From an uncultured candidate division Zixibacteria bacterium (lineage in GTDB: Bacteria; Zixibacteria; MSB-5A5; GN15; PGXB01), in NCBI GenBank assembly GCA_963702205.1, contig OY969724.1:288001-352000 (forward strand): 64,000 bases of DNA. Direction: 5' to 3'. Shown here one piece after another: positions 10,795 to 20,307 of the stretch (position 1 is its first letter; each line of letters starts with the position of its first letter). The notes below the pieces were generated by a model, which was not told the DNA's origin, ran no database searches, and saw only the letters and a list, made by a program, of their open reading frames with translations. Position numbers and translations under genes: made by a program.

Positions 10795-11640
10795 TTATAG
10801 CCCCATCGCCTTCTTCCGCAGCCGTTCGACCCGTTCTTCCACCGGCGGATGAGTCGAGAACAGCGACGCGATTCCTTTGCCCGACAGAGGATTCGATATA
10901 AACAGATGAGCCGTCGCGGGATGCCGGTCAAGATTCATGCGCACCGGGCTGGTATGGAGTTTCTCAAGAGCCCGGGCGAGAGGAAGATATTGCCCCGTTA
11001 TTCGTCCGCCCTCGGCATCGGCCTTGAACTCCCGCGAGCGTGATATCGCCATCTGTATCATAAGAGCCGCCAGCGGAGCGACGATCGCGGCGACCAAAAG
11101 ACCGAGCGGGTTATTGCGCTCGTTACTGCGCGAAAATCCCCCGAAAATCATCGCCCAGCGAGCCATCGACGCCAGAATACCTATAGCTCCGGCCAATGTC
11201 GCGGCGATAGTCCCGATCAGCATGTCTTTATTTTTTATATGCGACAGTTCGTGCCCGATAACGCCTTCCAGTTCGGCGTCATCGAGAAGGTCGAGGATAC
11301 CCTCGGTCGCGGCTACGGCGGCGTGATGTTCATTACGCCCGGTCGCGAAAGCATTGGGGGCGCGGCTCGGTATCGTGTATACTTTCGGCATCGGCAGACC
11401 GGCCTTTTGCGCGGTCGTGCTGACTATGCGGTACAGGCGGCCGTTCGATGATGCCGTCACTTCGATGGCGCGATACATTTTCAAAACGACTTTATCCGAA
11501 AACCAGTATGAGAAAAAATTCATAACGATCGCCAGGCCAAAAGCTATCACCATGCCGTTTTGCCCGCCCAGCTTGTACCCGACACCGACAAACAGCAGGG
11601 TCAAAGCCAGCAATAAGAATGTAACTTTCAGCGCGTTCAT
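10795..11640 (-). CDS. htpX: Zinc metalloprotease HtpX (M48)
   Basis: PNAFATGR, HELSH, ISRSREFKAD, LFSTHPP.EER. Confidence 0.93.
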   Translation of the reverse strand: MNALKVTFLLLALTLLFVGVGYKLGGQNGMVIAFGLAIVMNFFSYWFSDKVVLKMYRAIEVTASSNGRLYRIVSTTAQKAGLPMPKVYTIPSRAPNAFATGRNEHHAAVAATEGILDLLDDAELEGVIGHELSHIKNKDMLIGTIAATLAGAIGILASMARWAMIFGGFSRSNERNNPLGLLVAAIVAPLAALMIQMAISRSREFKADAEGGRITGQYLPLARALEKLHTSPVRMNLDRHPATAHLFISNPLSGKGIASLFSTHPPVEERVERLRKKAMGL

Positions 11641-11768
11641 TTATTTACCTCGTCAAATGCATAATAAAGCGGCTCTATGAGCCGGTCAATTATTTTCCAT
11701 ATTATTAAACGCTTAAATAAACGGGAAGTTTTTGAATTCGGATGGCGCCCAAAGTGCGAGCGGAGTCA

Positions 11769-13838
11769 CTATTTAAGCAATTTTTTCTTTTTTCCCCGTC
11801 CCCACATGTTGTCATCGGAAGAATCCGACTCTTCCTCGTCTTCGGGATGCTTCTTTTTCGGGGCTTTATCCTTTCCCGAAGCTTCGGCTTTTTCGGGCTC
11901 TTGAGCAACTGGCTTGTCTTCAGTCTTTTCAGCCGCGGGTTTGTTTTCGGATTTTTCAGCCACGGGCTTATTGTCGGGCTTTTCCGCCACAGGTTTGGGG
12001 GCCGGTTTTTGCACCTCTTGATGCTTTTCAGGCTTTTTTGTGTCCGAATCGTCGAGCAGATTCAGCTTCGAAATGTCTATATCGAAATAGCTGTCGGAGT
12101 TGCCTTCTTCGACCGGCGGCTTTTCAGATACGACGCCGGTGTCTTTGTCGTCCATTTTGTCGAGCTGCTGGCGAACTTTGTCCAGTTCGCGCTCAATAGT
12201 CGTCTTCGACGGTTTAACCGGTTCCGGGGTCAGTTTCACTTTAAGGTCCGGACCGAGAATTTCTTTCGATTCTTTAGTATCCCGTGCTTCCGGCTTTTGG
12301 GTCGGTTTAGGACTGGAAGTATTGTCCGGTTTTTGATTGTACTGGCGCGACCGTCCGCTATCCGGCCGGGAGCGCCTGTCTGACCTATCGGAACGGTTGG
12401 GGCGATCGGGGCGATCGGGACGGTCCTGGCGGGGAGATCGGGACCGGTGGTCGTCACGGTCGCGGTCCCTGTTTCCGTAACGCTTGCGGCTGTCGCCGGA
12501 GGATTGTCTCGGTGCGGGCCTGTCCTTGCGTTCGTATTTGCCTCGGGAGCGATCGGTACGGTCACGGTCACGGGAATCGGTTTGCGGGGCCGGAGTCGTC
12601 TTCCGGCTGCGGGTACTGCTTTCTTCCTGCATCTCCGCCGTTTCGCCGATTACAGCGGCACCGATGGAATCGCCCCAGACATTGACAGTGGTCCGGCAGC
12701 GATCGAGAAACCAGTCGATAGCCCAGATCAGCCCGATACCTTCCAGCGGTAGTCCGACTGCGGACAGCACGAAGACCATCGTCACCGTCCCGGCGTGCGG
12801 AATACCGGCGGCGCCAATCGACGCCAGCGTCGCGGTCAAAAATATTATGATCTGGCCGCCGATGGAAAGATGAACGCCGTAAATCTGCGCGATAAACATC
12901 GCCGCCACCGCTTCATAAAGAGCGGTGCCGTCCATATTGATGGTTGCGCCCAGCGGCAGGACAAACGACGCCGCCTTCGGATTGACTTTGTTTTTTTCCT
13001 CGACCGAGTCGATTGTCACCGGCAGGGTCGCCGACGATGACGCCGTAGTGAAAGCCGTCGCCAGCGCCTGACCCATATTGACAAAATAAGTCAGCGGGCT
13101 TTTGCCCGTAAACATTTTCAATATAAGCGGAAGGATTATTACTGAGTGTATGGCCAGACCGATGAGGACGGTCAGCGTGTACATTCCCAGCCCGGAAACG
13201 AGCTGTTCGATCGAGCCCCGGTTCTCGGCGACAATGCCGCCGATAAGAGCCATAACACCGATCGGCGCAAAATAGAGTATCAGCGTGACCAGCTTCATGA
13301 TGGCGCGGTTAAGGCCGTCGAAGAAATTCAACACCGAGCGGCCTTTGACTCCGATTGTGGTCAGGACGGCTCCGAATACCAGCGAAATGACAATCAGAGG
13401 CAGAACCCGGCCCTCGGCCGCCGCGCCGAAAATATTGTCGGGAATAAGACTTACTATAACATCGATAAGCGTCTTGCCCCGGTTGGCCTGGACAAGATCC
13501 GGGATGTGCGACCCGAACGCGGAAACTCCGACTCCCGGCCGCAGGACGTTTACCAGAATCAAGCCGATTATCACCGAAATACCGGTGGTGGCCAGATAAT
13601 ACAACAGGGTCTTGCCGGTCGTTTTGCCCAGACGACGCACGTCGCCCAGAGACGCCACGCCGACTATCATCGACGCCACAATCAGCGGTATTACGACCAT
13701 TTTTAAAGCGTTGAGAAAGATCGTCCCGAGGAATTGAATGCGGAGAAAGACGTCTCCGGCAAAATAGCCTCCGAGGGCTCCAAGGACGGCCCCGGCGATC
13801 ATAGCGATAAGAATAATATTTCCTATTTTGGATTTCAT
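11769..13838 (-). CDS. Dicarboxylate/amino acid:cation symporter (DAACS/GltP family) with a long low-complexity C-terminal tail
   Basis: TASSSATLP, GATINMDGTALYE, ASIGAAGIP, DRCRTTVNVWGD. Likely start MKSKIG at 13838. About 290 aa of hydrophilic tail after the transporter core. Confidence 0.9.
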   Translation of the reverse strand: MKSKIGNIILIAMIAGAVLGALGGYFAGDVFLRIQFLGTIFLNALKMVVIPLIVASMIVGVASLGDVRRLGKTTGKTLLYYLATTGISVIIGLILVNVLRPGVGVSAFGSHIPDLVQANRGKTLIDVIVSLIPDNIFGAAAEGRVLPLIVISLVFGAVLTTIGVKGRSVLNFFDGLNRAIMKLVTLILYFAPIGVMALIGGIVAENRGSIEQLVSGLGMYTLTVLIGLAIHSVIILPLILKMFTGKSPLTYFVNMGQALATAFTTASSSATLPVTIDSVEEKNKVNPKAASFVLPLGATINMDGTALYEAVAAMFIAQIYGVHLSIGGQIIIFLTATLASIGAAGIPHAGTVTMVFVLSAVGLPLEGIGLIWAIDWFLDRCRTTVNVWGDSIGAAVIGETAEMQEESSTRSRKTTPAPQTDSRDRDRTDRSRGKYERKDRPAPRQSSGDSRKRYGNRDRDRDDHRSRSPRQDRPDRPDRPNRSDRSDRRSRPDSGRSRQYNQKPDNTSSPKPTQKPEARDTKESKEILGPDLKVKLTPEPVKPSKTTIERELDKVRQQLDKMDDKDTGVVSEKPPVEEGNSDSYFDIDISKLNLLDDSDTKKPEKHQEVQKPAPKPVAEKPDNKPVAEKSENKPAAEKTEDKPVAQEPEKAEASGKDKAPKKKHPEDEEESDSSDDNMWGRGKKKKLLK

Positions 13839-14135
13839 ATTAAGCTGCATTCCCATGTTTAGATTTACCCATAAACGGTCATTATACAAAATTTTGCGAA
13901 TTTGGCAACCATTATTAAAAAATAGGCTCACGGTTCGGACAAAGTGATCCAACAAATTTTAACTCAAACTGACAGTTTCTGACAGTCCCGCAGCCTATAT
14001 TGTAGTTTATTGGACAGGCTGTAAGGGGGCCTTAAATATAAAAATGCGGAGGGATTTAAAGGCAAGTTTGCACAGTATATTAATCAGCTTCGTCTTGTAG
14101 TCGGAATCTGGGGGTTTCGCACATTTCTCGATTTT

Positions 14136-14235
14136 TCAAAAGATCAGATTCTCGAAAATATTGGATTGTTTGGTTAATGTTTGAATTGAGGTAGTTTTTT
14201 CGGCCTAATGGGTGAGATATGAGAATAATTGCGGC
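14136..14235 (+). repeat. 100-bp exact direct repeat, copy 1 (leader, RBS and first codons of lipoprotein gene)
   Basis: TCAAAAGATCAGATTCTCG...GGTGAGATATGAGAATAATTGCGGC is identical to 15467-15566 (offset 1331). Confidence 0.95.
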
Positions 14236-15268
14236 TTTATTTATTTTGACGTCGACGTTATTTCTGGTTACTACCTGTTGTGATGATTGCTCGGTATGTC
14301 CGAAACCGGAGGCAGGAGAGCATCTCTTCTATATTGCACCTAAACAAGGCAATTTAATCAAAGTCTTTTCGGTTGAACAGGAAGCCTTTATCGATTCGAT
14401 TACGGTTGATAGCGTCGGCACTAATGAATACGTGCTGATTCATATTATTGGCGATGATTCACTACTGGCAGTATCGGCCGGAAACAAAACTTACTTTGTG
14501 GACATTAAGACAAAATCTATTGTTAATTCAATTAACAAAGGCGGCTTGATTTTCAGCAGAGATTCAAGATATTATTTCAGTGGCAATTCACTGGTTCTTT
14601 ATCCTGAGCATACGCCAATTTTTACCGATCCTAATTCCCACGGCTTTGTCAAATTCAGCAATAAATCCGAATTTCTGACATATCAATACTACATCACTCC
14701 GGGTGACCCCGTGGAGTTAGGTCTTTATGATATTTCAGAAAACTCTGCCACTCATACAATTGAAACTTGGCACGAATATCCAGTGTCTTTTTTCCAGAGT
14801 CAAGCTATCGGGAAGTTGAAAAAGACATATCTTGATGCACAGACATTTAATGCTTTTGGTGTATGCGATTTTGATGCCGATACTTTTAGGCTATTAAAAT
14901 CATTTCCGTATAACGGATCCACAACCTTGGTTGTAAGCCCGGACGAACGACATGTCTTTTTTACCGATTATGGGCCGGCGCCTTTCGGCTATGGCCCCAG
15001 CGGGCATATCTTTGTATGGGATGCTGAGAGCGAAGATTCGGTGGCTGCCATTTCCTACTCTTTTACCGGTATAGAACAATTCAATATGTTGGTGGTTTCC
15101 TATGACAATCGCTACCTTCTGGGCAGACCGTTCAATGAAATGGATGAATTTACGACGTTTTACATATTCGATGTTCGGGAATTCGAATTAATCGGGATCT
15201 ATAATTGTGGATTTTTGACCGGCAATGTTACGTCAAAATATTGTTCCAGAAATATGTTATTTCATTAG
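14219..15268 (+). CDS. Putative lipoprotein, probable beta-propeller (YncE-like)
   Basis: Signal peptide ending TTCC followed by CxxCP; propeller-like motifs FSRDSRY, VSPDERHVF, VSYDNRYL. Confidence 0.75.
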   Translation: MRIIAALFILTSTLFLVTTCCDDCSVCPKPEAGEHLFYIAPKQGNLIKVFSVEQEAFIDSITVDSVGTNEYVLIHIIGDDSLLAVSAGNKTYFVDIKTKSIVNSINKGGLIFSRDSRYYFSGNSLVLYPEHTPIFTDPNSHGFVKFSNKSEFLTYQYYITPGDPVELGLYDISENSATHTIETWHEYPVSFFQSQAIGKLKKTYLDAQTFNAFGVCDFDADTFRLLKSFPYNGSTTLVVSPDERHVFFTDYGPAPFGYGPSGHIFVWDAESEDSVAAISYSFTGIEQFNMLVVSYDNRYLLGRPFNEMDEFTTFYIFDVREFELIGIYNCGFLTGNVTSKYCSRNMLFH

Positions 15269-15355
15269 CCGTTGCATTGCCAGATACATAGCTAGATTGC
15301 GGCAATGACTTAAACGCAACACGGAGAATGTTTTGGTTAATTAAGGAGTAGTAAG

Positions 15356-15508
15356 ATGGGAAAATCCTTGACGATATCATTGGTAATGCTATTTATATTA
15401 TTATCAAGTGCGGATGCAGAATATTATTATTCTGTTAATAGACAGGTTCCCTTGAAAGTGGATTCATCAAAAGATCAGATTCTCGAAAATATTGGATTGT
15501 TTGGTTAA
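15356..15508 (+). pseudogene. 5' remnant of a secreted-protein gene, truncated at the repeat junction
   Basis: AAGGAG RBS and ATG 15356, encoding MGKSLTISLVMLFILLSSADA-EYYYSVNRQVPLKVDS. It then runs into the 100-bp repeat at 15467 and stops (50 aa). Confidence 0.65.
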
Positions 15509-15566
15509 TGTTTGAATTGAGGTAGTTTTTTCGGCCTAATGGGTGAGATATGAGAATAATTGCGGC
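15467..15566 (+). repeat. 100-bp exact direct repeat, copy 2
   Basis: Identical to 14136-14235. Confidence 0.95.
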
Positions 15567-16647
15567 CATATTTATTCTGATATCAGCATTATTTCTAATT
15601 ACAACCTGCTGTAATGATTGCCCGATTTGCCCGAAACCAGAAACCACTCAATACCGGCTTTATGCCGTCGATGACTATGGCCATCGCCTTTATGCCATTG
15701 ACATCCCGGCCGACACCGTGCTTTTTTCTGTGCCGGTCGATTTCGAAACCGCGCTTGACATGTTCGTTTCTCAGGATGGCTCTCGCCTGATGATTTCGGT
15801 TTTGGGTGTATACTCAACATTGATTTACGATACACGGGATTTGTCCGTAATCGATACTCTGGATGATATGTACGGCTACTACTATTTTGACTATTCCGAT
15901 AATTACGGTGTTCTGGTCAGTGGTCTAATCGCCGATCCGGTAGTAAAGATACTGGATCCGAACACGTTAGAATCTCATGTCATAATTAACAGGTTTATGC
16001 GTTATGCGTTTCTTGATACGGTCAGCAACTGTTTGTATGGGGTGGCCGGGCCGGATGCCAATTTAGCCAATTTGGTCTACAAAATCGATTGCTATTCGGA
16101 GCGTTTAACCGATTCATTTTTTATTGCGACAAATGACGATCAATTTGTATCTGTCGGAAACATAGCCTATAACTGGCTAAATGACATTCTATATTTCCAC
16201 GCCAGGATTGCGCCGTCACAAAGCTATTTCTACCAATATGATTTGTTCGCCGATTCCGCTCTTGATTCCACATATATTGTGGAAAAATTCGGTTCGGTAG
16301 CTATTTCTCCAAATGGTCGCAGAGTTTATATGACCGAAGGCGGTAATGCCTGGTTTGGCATTAGGCCTCCCGGGTATATAAGAGACTACGATGCATTAAC
16401 TCACAAAGCCGATTCCATATTCCTACCCGATATTGACCCCTATGATCAACCATGGGAACCATATTATCGGGATATACTAATAACGCCTGACGGCAAACGA
16501 GCATATATAGGGGCCGGTGGCAGCGACGCCACTTGGGCTCCACTTTCCTTGTTTTCTATTAATCTTGATGATAATACGGTAAATATCGGGGCCATGCCTA
16601 CTTCGACGTTTTCTGCTTCAGTAATCGCCATCGGACCGGCGCCATAG
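15550..16647 (+). CDS. Putative lipoprotein, YncE-like beta-propeller (paralog 2)
   Basis: Same signal/Cys leader (TTCCNDCPICPK); VSQDGSRL, ISPNGRRVY, ITPDGKRAY. Confidence 0.8.
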   Translation: MRIIAAIFILISALFLITTCCNDCPICPKPETTQYRLYAVDDYGHRLYAIDIPADTVLFSVPVDFETALDMFVSQDGSRLMISVLGVYSTLIYDTRDLSVIDTLDDMYGYYYFDYSDNYGVLVSGLIADPVVKILDPNTLESHVIINRFMRYAFLDTVSNCLYGVAGPDANLANLVYKIDCYSERLTDSFFIATNDDQFVSVGNIAYNWLNDILYFHARIAPSQSYFYQYDLFADSALDSTYIVEKFGSVAISPNGRRVYMTEGGNAWFGIRPPGYIRDYDALTHKADSIFLPDIDPYDQPWEPYYRDILITPDGKRAYIGAGGSDATWAPLSLFSINLDDNTVNIGAMPTSTFSASVIAIGPAP

Positions 16648-16695
16648 TAATGTCAGTTTTCAAACTGAATCTATCTTAATGAAGGGAGGTGAGAT

Positions 16696-17784
16696 ATGAA
16701 GGTAATCGCGGTTTTATTTGTTTTAACGTCGACATTATTTATGGTGACAACCTGTTCCGACAATTGCCCCGTATGCCCGAAGAAAGAAGTCGCTCAATAT
16801 AGATTGTATGCCGTCGATGACTACGGCTATGAGCTCTATGTCATTGATATCCCATCCGACACGGTGCTTTTCTCAATTCCAATCGATTACAGCGTCAGAA
16901 GCATGTTCGTCAGCCGGGACGGCTCCCGCTTGATGGTCGGCTCGATTGATGCCTTGGCAACCTTAGTCTATGATACACGGGATCTTTCTGTCATAGATAC
17001 GCTTGAGGGCATGTTAGGCTATTATTATTGTGATTATTCAGATGACTATATTGCTCTTGCCAGTACGCTGAGCGCCGACCCTGACATAAAAATCTTAGAC
17101 CCTGTCAATCTCGAACCAAGGTTTACAATTGAAAGGGCGGTGCGAACAAGCTTTCTCGATACCGTCAGCAACTGCCTGTATGGTGAAGCGGCGGTTGAGG
17201 CGAATTTGGTTTATAAAATCGATTGCAATACCGGACGATTGGTGGATTCATTTCGAATTACAACAAATGGCGACCAAATTATAGTAGTACAACGTATGTT
17301 TTATAACTGGCTTAATGATCTATTGTATTTTCATGCCAAGATTTCACCATATCAAAGTTGTTTCTACCAATATGATTTGTTAGCCGACTCAGCATTGGAT
17401 TCCACAATTATCGTAGAAGACCCCGGATCTGCGGCAATTTCGCCGGACGGTCGTAAGATCTATATGACCGAAGGTGGCAATGCCTGGTTTGGAATAAGAC
17501 CACCTGGGTATATCAGGATTTATAATGCTTTCACTCATCAGGTGGAAGATTCCGTTTTGCCCCCAGACCTTGATCCTTATGGCCACCCCTGGTCGTGTTA
17601 TTATCGGGATATATTAATAACGCCTGACGGTAGTCGCGCATACATTGGAGCTGGCGGCAATGCGGCTGTCACGGCTCCATTGCCCATATATTCAATTAAT
17701 CTCGATGATAATACAAGAAATGTCGGTGCCATGCCTACTTCGTCGTTTTCAGCTTCAGTAATCTCCATCGGCCCGGCACCATAG
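16696..17784 (+). CDS. Putative lipoprotein, YncE-like beta-propeller (paralog 3)
   Basis: Collinear and clearly similar to 15550..16647 along its length (QYRLYAVDDYG, FLDTVSNCLYG, YMTEGGNAWFGIRPPGYIR, IGPAP end). Confidence 0.82.
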   Translation: MKVIAVLFVLTSTLFMVTTCSDNCPVCPKKEVAQYRLYAVDDYGYELYVIDIPSDTVLFSIPIDYSVRSMFVSRDGSRLMVGSIDALATLVYDTRDLSVIDTLEGMLGYYYCDYSDDYIALASTLSADPDIKILDPVNLEPRFTIERAVRTSFLDTVSNCLYGEAAVEANLVYKIDCNTGRLVDSFRITTNGDQIIVVQRMFYNWLNDLLYFHAKISPYQSCFYQYDLLADSALDSTIIVEDPGSAAISPDGRKIYMTEGGNAWFGIRPPGYIRIYNAFTHQVEDSVLPPDLDPYGHPWSCYYRDILITPDGSRAYIGAGGNAAVTAPLPIYSINLDDNTRNVGAMPTSSFSASVISIGPAP

Positions 17785-17856
17785 CGAAAAAGTATGTCCG
17801 CAATATTCATCGCAATGATTAATTTAAATGATCGAAGCATGCTGGCTCGATATTAC

Positions 17857-17904
17857 AAATAAAAACCCGGCGGACAATTTAACCTACCGGGCTTTTTATT
17901 TTTT
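17857..17904. terminator. Probable bidirectional terminator
   Basis: AAATAAAAACCCGG...CCGGGCTTTTTATTTTTT imperfect hairpin with A/T tails between convergent genes. Confidence 0.55.
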
Positions 17905-17953
17905 AATCCCGCTTTATGATCTAAGTGCGGGAATTATTTATTCATATATCAGA

Positions 17954-18634
17954 CTATTTTTCGGCGTTTTCTTCCTCTGTCGGGGCCCATTTGAGGCTTT
18001 TAATCATATCCGTCGCCTCTTTTAGTAAAGTGGGGAAAAATGTCCCTTCACAGGTAATCGTAAACGACAGCATATACTTACCGTTTTTGACCTCGACCAG
18101 CCCGACGGCGTACGAGCGCTTCGACGTTTCAAACGTCCCCTGCTTGACCGTAAACTCGGCGGTACCTTCCCACTGGCCCGCTTCGAGCCCGTCGATCTCC
18201 AGCGACGTGCGCCGCGACGGTTTCAGCCCGTCATAAACGATGTTCTCTTCCAGCGTCAGAATCTCGCGCAGGATTTTCTTCTTATCGCCGGAAGAATAAG
18301 TCCAACTCGTGAGCGAATCGATAAATTCAAGCGCGCTTTCGAATCCTGGTTCGCAGATATAGATGTCGATCGTGGGCACCCGCGCCAGCTGCGGAGTCGG
18401 CATCAGTTCGGGGGGAATCTTGTGATCTTTCTGAGACAGGACCACGCGAAAGTCGCTGTCTTTTTTCTGGAGTTCACCTTCCCAGTTGTCGAGGACGTTG
18501 AATTGGTATCCATAATCCGAATCGGTAAATACGCCCTTATCGATTTCTCCGGATTTTTCCTTTTTCTTTCTGGCGTCCGCGATCGATACACACATCAACA
18601 GCGCCAATGCGACCATTAAAAAACGCTTCATCAT
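17954..18634 (-). CDS. Secreted hypothetical protein
   Basis: Signal peptide MMKRFLMVALALLMCVSIADA; GGAGG RBS. Confidence 0.75.
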   Translation of the reverse strand: MMKRFLMVALALLMCVSIADARKKKEKSGEIDKGVFTDSDYGYQFNVLDNWEGELQKKDSDFRVVLSQKDHKIPPELMPTPQLARVPTIDIYICEPGFESALEFIDSLTSWTYSSGDKKKILREILTLEENIVYDGLKPSRRTSLEIDGLEAGQWEGTAEFTVKQGTFETSKRSYAVGLVEVKNGKYMLSFTITCEGTFFPTLLKEATDMIKSLKWAPTEEENAEK

Positions 18635-18927
18635 ATCGTAAACCTCCTGCCCGGTTTAGCGTTACTTAAATTTTGCGGTTCTGACTTTTATACATAATAA
18701 AGCCCGATATGTTTTTTGTCCACAAAAGGATTGAAAAATCGTCCGTAAGCGGACCGGTTTTGTTTGGATTTCGTTAAGCTTGTTCAAAAGCTCTTAACGC
18801 CGCGTTAAGTTTCCATTAAGAAACGACTTACAGCCCGCGAAGCTCTTGATTTTTGGGATTATATGACTATAAAGAAGACGGCGACCGATAGGAGACCGCC
18901 GAATTTACGAGGGGATGGAAATTAATT

Positions 18928-19743
18928 ATGAAAGACAACTTTATGCGACAAAATCCCGAATACGCCGCGTCCGACGTCGACACCCTGATTATATCCGACG
19001 TCCATCTCGGATCGAAAGTCAGCCGGGCGAAAGAGGTGTACCGGTTTCTTGAATCGTACCGGATAGACAAATACCGTTTCCGCATCAAGAGGCTGATACT
19101 TCTCGGCGACATTTTCGACGACCTCAATTTCAACAAGCTGGACCGTCACGCCTGGAAGCTGGCCGGACTGTTTCGCGCGATGGCATCGCAGAAGTGCGAT
19201 ACGGAAATAGTCTGGATTCTCGGCAACCACGATTTGATGCTGGCCGATCTTATGCACCACCTCGTCGGCCTGCCGGTTTGCCGGGAGTACGAGTGGGAGT
19301 GCAATGGCAGACGATTCCTCGCCGCGCACGGCGACCAATTCGACAAGTGGATCGTGGACTACTACTGGGTATCCGTCGTCCCGACCTGGTTCTACAGCTT
19401 CGTGCAGACAATCGACGGTTCCAAGCACCGCTTCAGCCGCTTTTTAAAAGAAACCAGCAAAAAGTGGCTGCGGATCAATAAAGACGTCGCTGATAAGTTC
19501 GTCGAATACGCCCGAAGCAAACCGGTGCGGGTCGACAATATCTTCTGCGGACACACCCACATCAGTGAAATTATCGAATATCCCGACGACGGCATGACCT
19601 ATTACAACACCGGCTGCTGGACCGGCAGCCACAATCCGACGTATGTCGCGATAGACAGCGACGGCCAGGTTATGCTTCGGGAATACGCGGCAAATCCGTC
19701 GGAAGCGACCGCGCGAAGCTATCCGCGACCGGTGCATGCCTGA
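18928..19743 (+). CDS. Calcineurin-like metallophosphoesterase, UDP-2,3-diacylglucosamine diphosphatase (LpxH)-like
   Basis: ISDVHLG, LLGDIFD, GNHD, HGDQFD, CGHTH, NTGCW. Confidence 0.85.
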   Translation: MKDNFMRQNPEYAASDVDTLIISDVHLGSKVSRAKEVYRFLESYRIDKYRFRIKRLILLGDIFDDLNFNKLDRHAWKLAGLFRAMASQKCDTEIVWILGNHDLMLADLMHHLVGLPVCREYEWECNGRRFLAAHGDQFDKWIVDYYWVSVVPTWFYSFVQTIDGSKHRFSRFLKETSKKWLRINKDVADKFVEYARSKPVRVDNIFCGHTHISEIIEYPDDGMTYYNTGCWTGSHNPTYVAIDSDGQVMLREYAANPSEATARSYPRPVHA

Positions 19744-19829
19744 GAATTCCAGCACGGGCTTCACTGTCTTTAAGTTCATCTCTCCCCTTTTATCTTGCCA
19801 TAAACCCGGCTTTGTTTCATATTCGTGAC

Positions 19830-20307
19830 ATGAACACATACGACCACGAATATTTCATGGAATACGCCCTGCGCGAGGCGCAGCTGGCATTCGAGCAGTC
19901 CGAAGTTCCGATCGGGGCGGTGGTGGCCCTCGAAAATAAAATCATCGGGCGCGGTCACAACCGGACCGAATCGCTCAAAGACGCCACCGCTCACGCCGAG
20001 ATGATCGCGATTACGTCGGCCGCCGAGCACATCGGCGACTGGCGGCTGGATGAATGCATATTGTACAGGTACAATCGAACCGTGCGCCATGTGTGCCGGG
20101 GCCTCGGTGCTGTCGCGGATAAAGACCATAGTCTACGGCGCTCCCGACACCCGCTTCGGCGCATGCGGATCGCTGTTCGAGATACCGGTCGATACCAGAC
20201 TTAACCACCGGGTAGAAATTATATCCGGCATTATGGAAAAAGAAGCGGTCGAGCTGATGCAGTTGTTCTTCCGGGAAGTCCGCAAGAAAAAGGAGCGGGT
20301 GAATTGA
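19830..20307 (+). CDS. tadA: tRNA adenosine(34) deaminase TadA, with an apparent +1 frameshift at ~20068 (probably a sequencing error)
   Basis: EVPIGAV and TAHAEM in one frame; TIEPCAMCAGA and FGACGS in the next. Removing one G at 20068-20069 gives LYSTIEPC. Confidence 0.88.

Noticed and set aside
121..13706. Many long antisense or alternate-frame ORFs (e.g. 1363..2091, 2151..2885, 7340..8089, 8708..9694, 9988..10734)
   Set aside because: Shadow ORFs of well-supported genes in GC-rich DNA, with no motifs of their own.
14136..17784. Integron cassette array
   Set aside because: No attC-like palindromes with RYYYAAC/GTTRRRY ends seen between the genes and no adjacent IntI; the repeat is a leader duplication.
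19830..20307. Programmed ribosomal frameshift or true tadA pseudogene
   Set aside because: No slippery heptamer at the junction and no other decay; a single-base sequencing error is more parsimonious.
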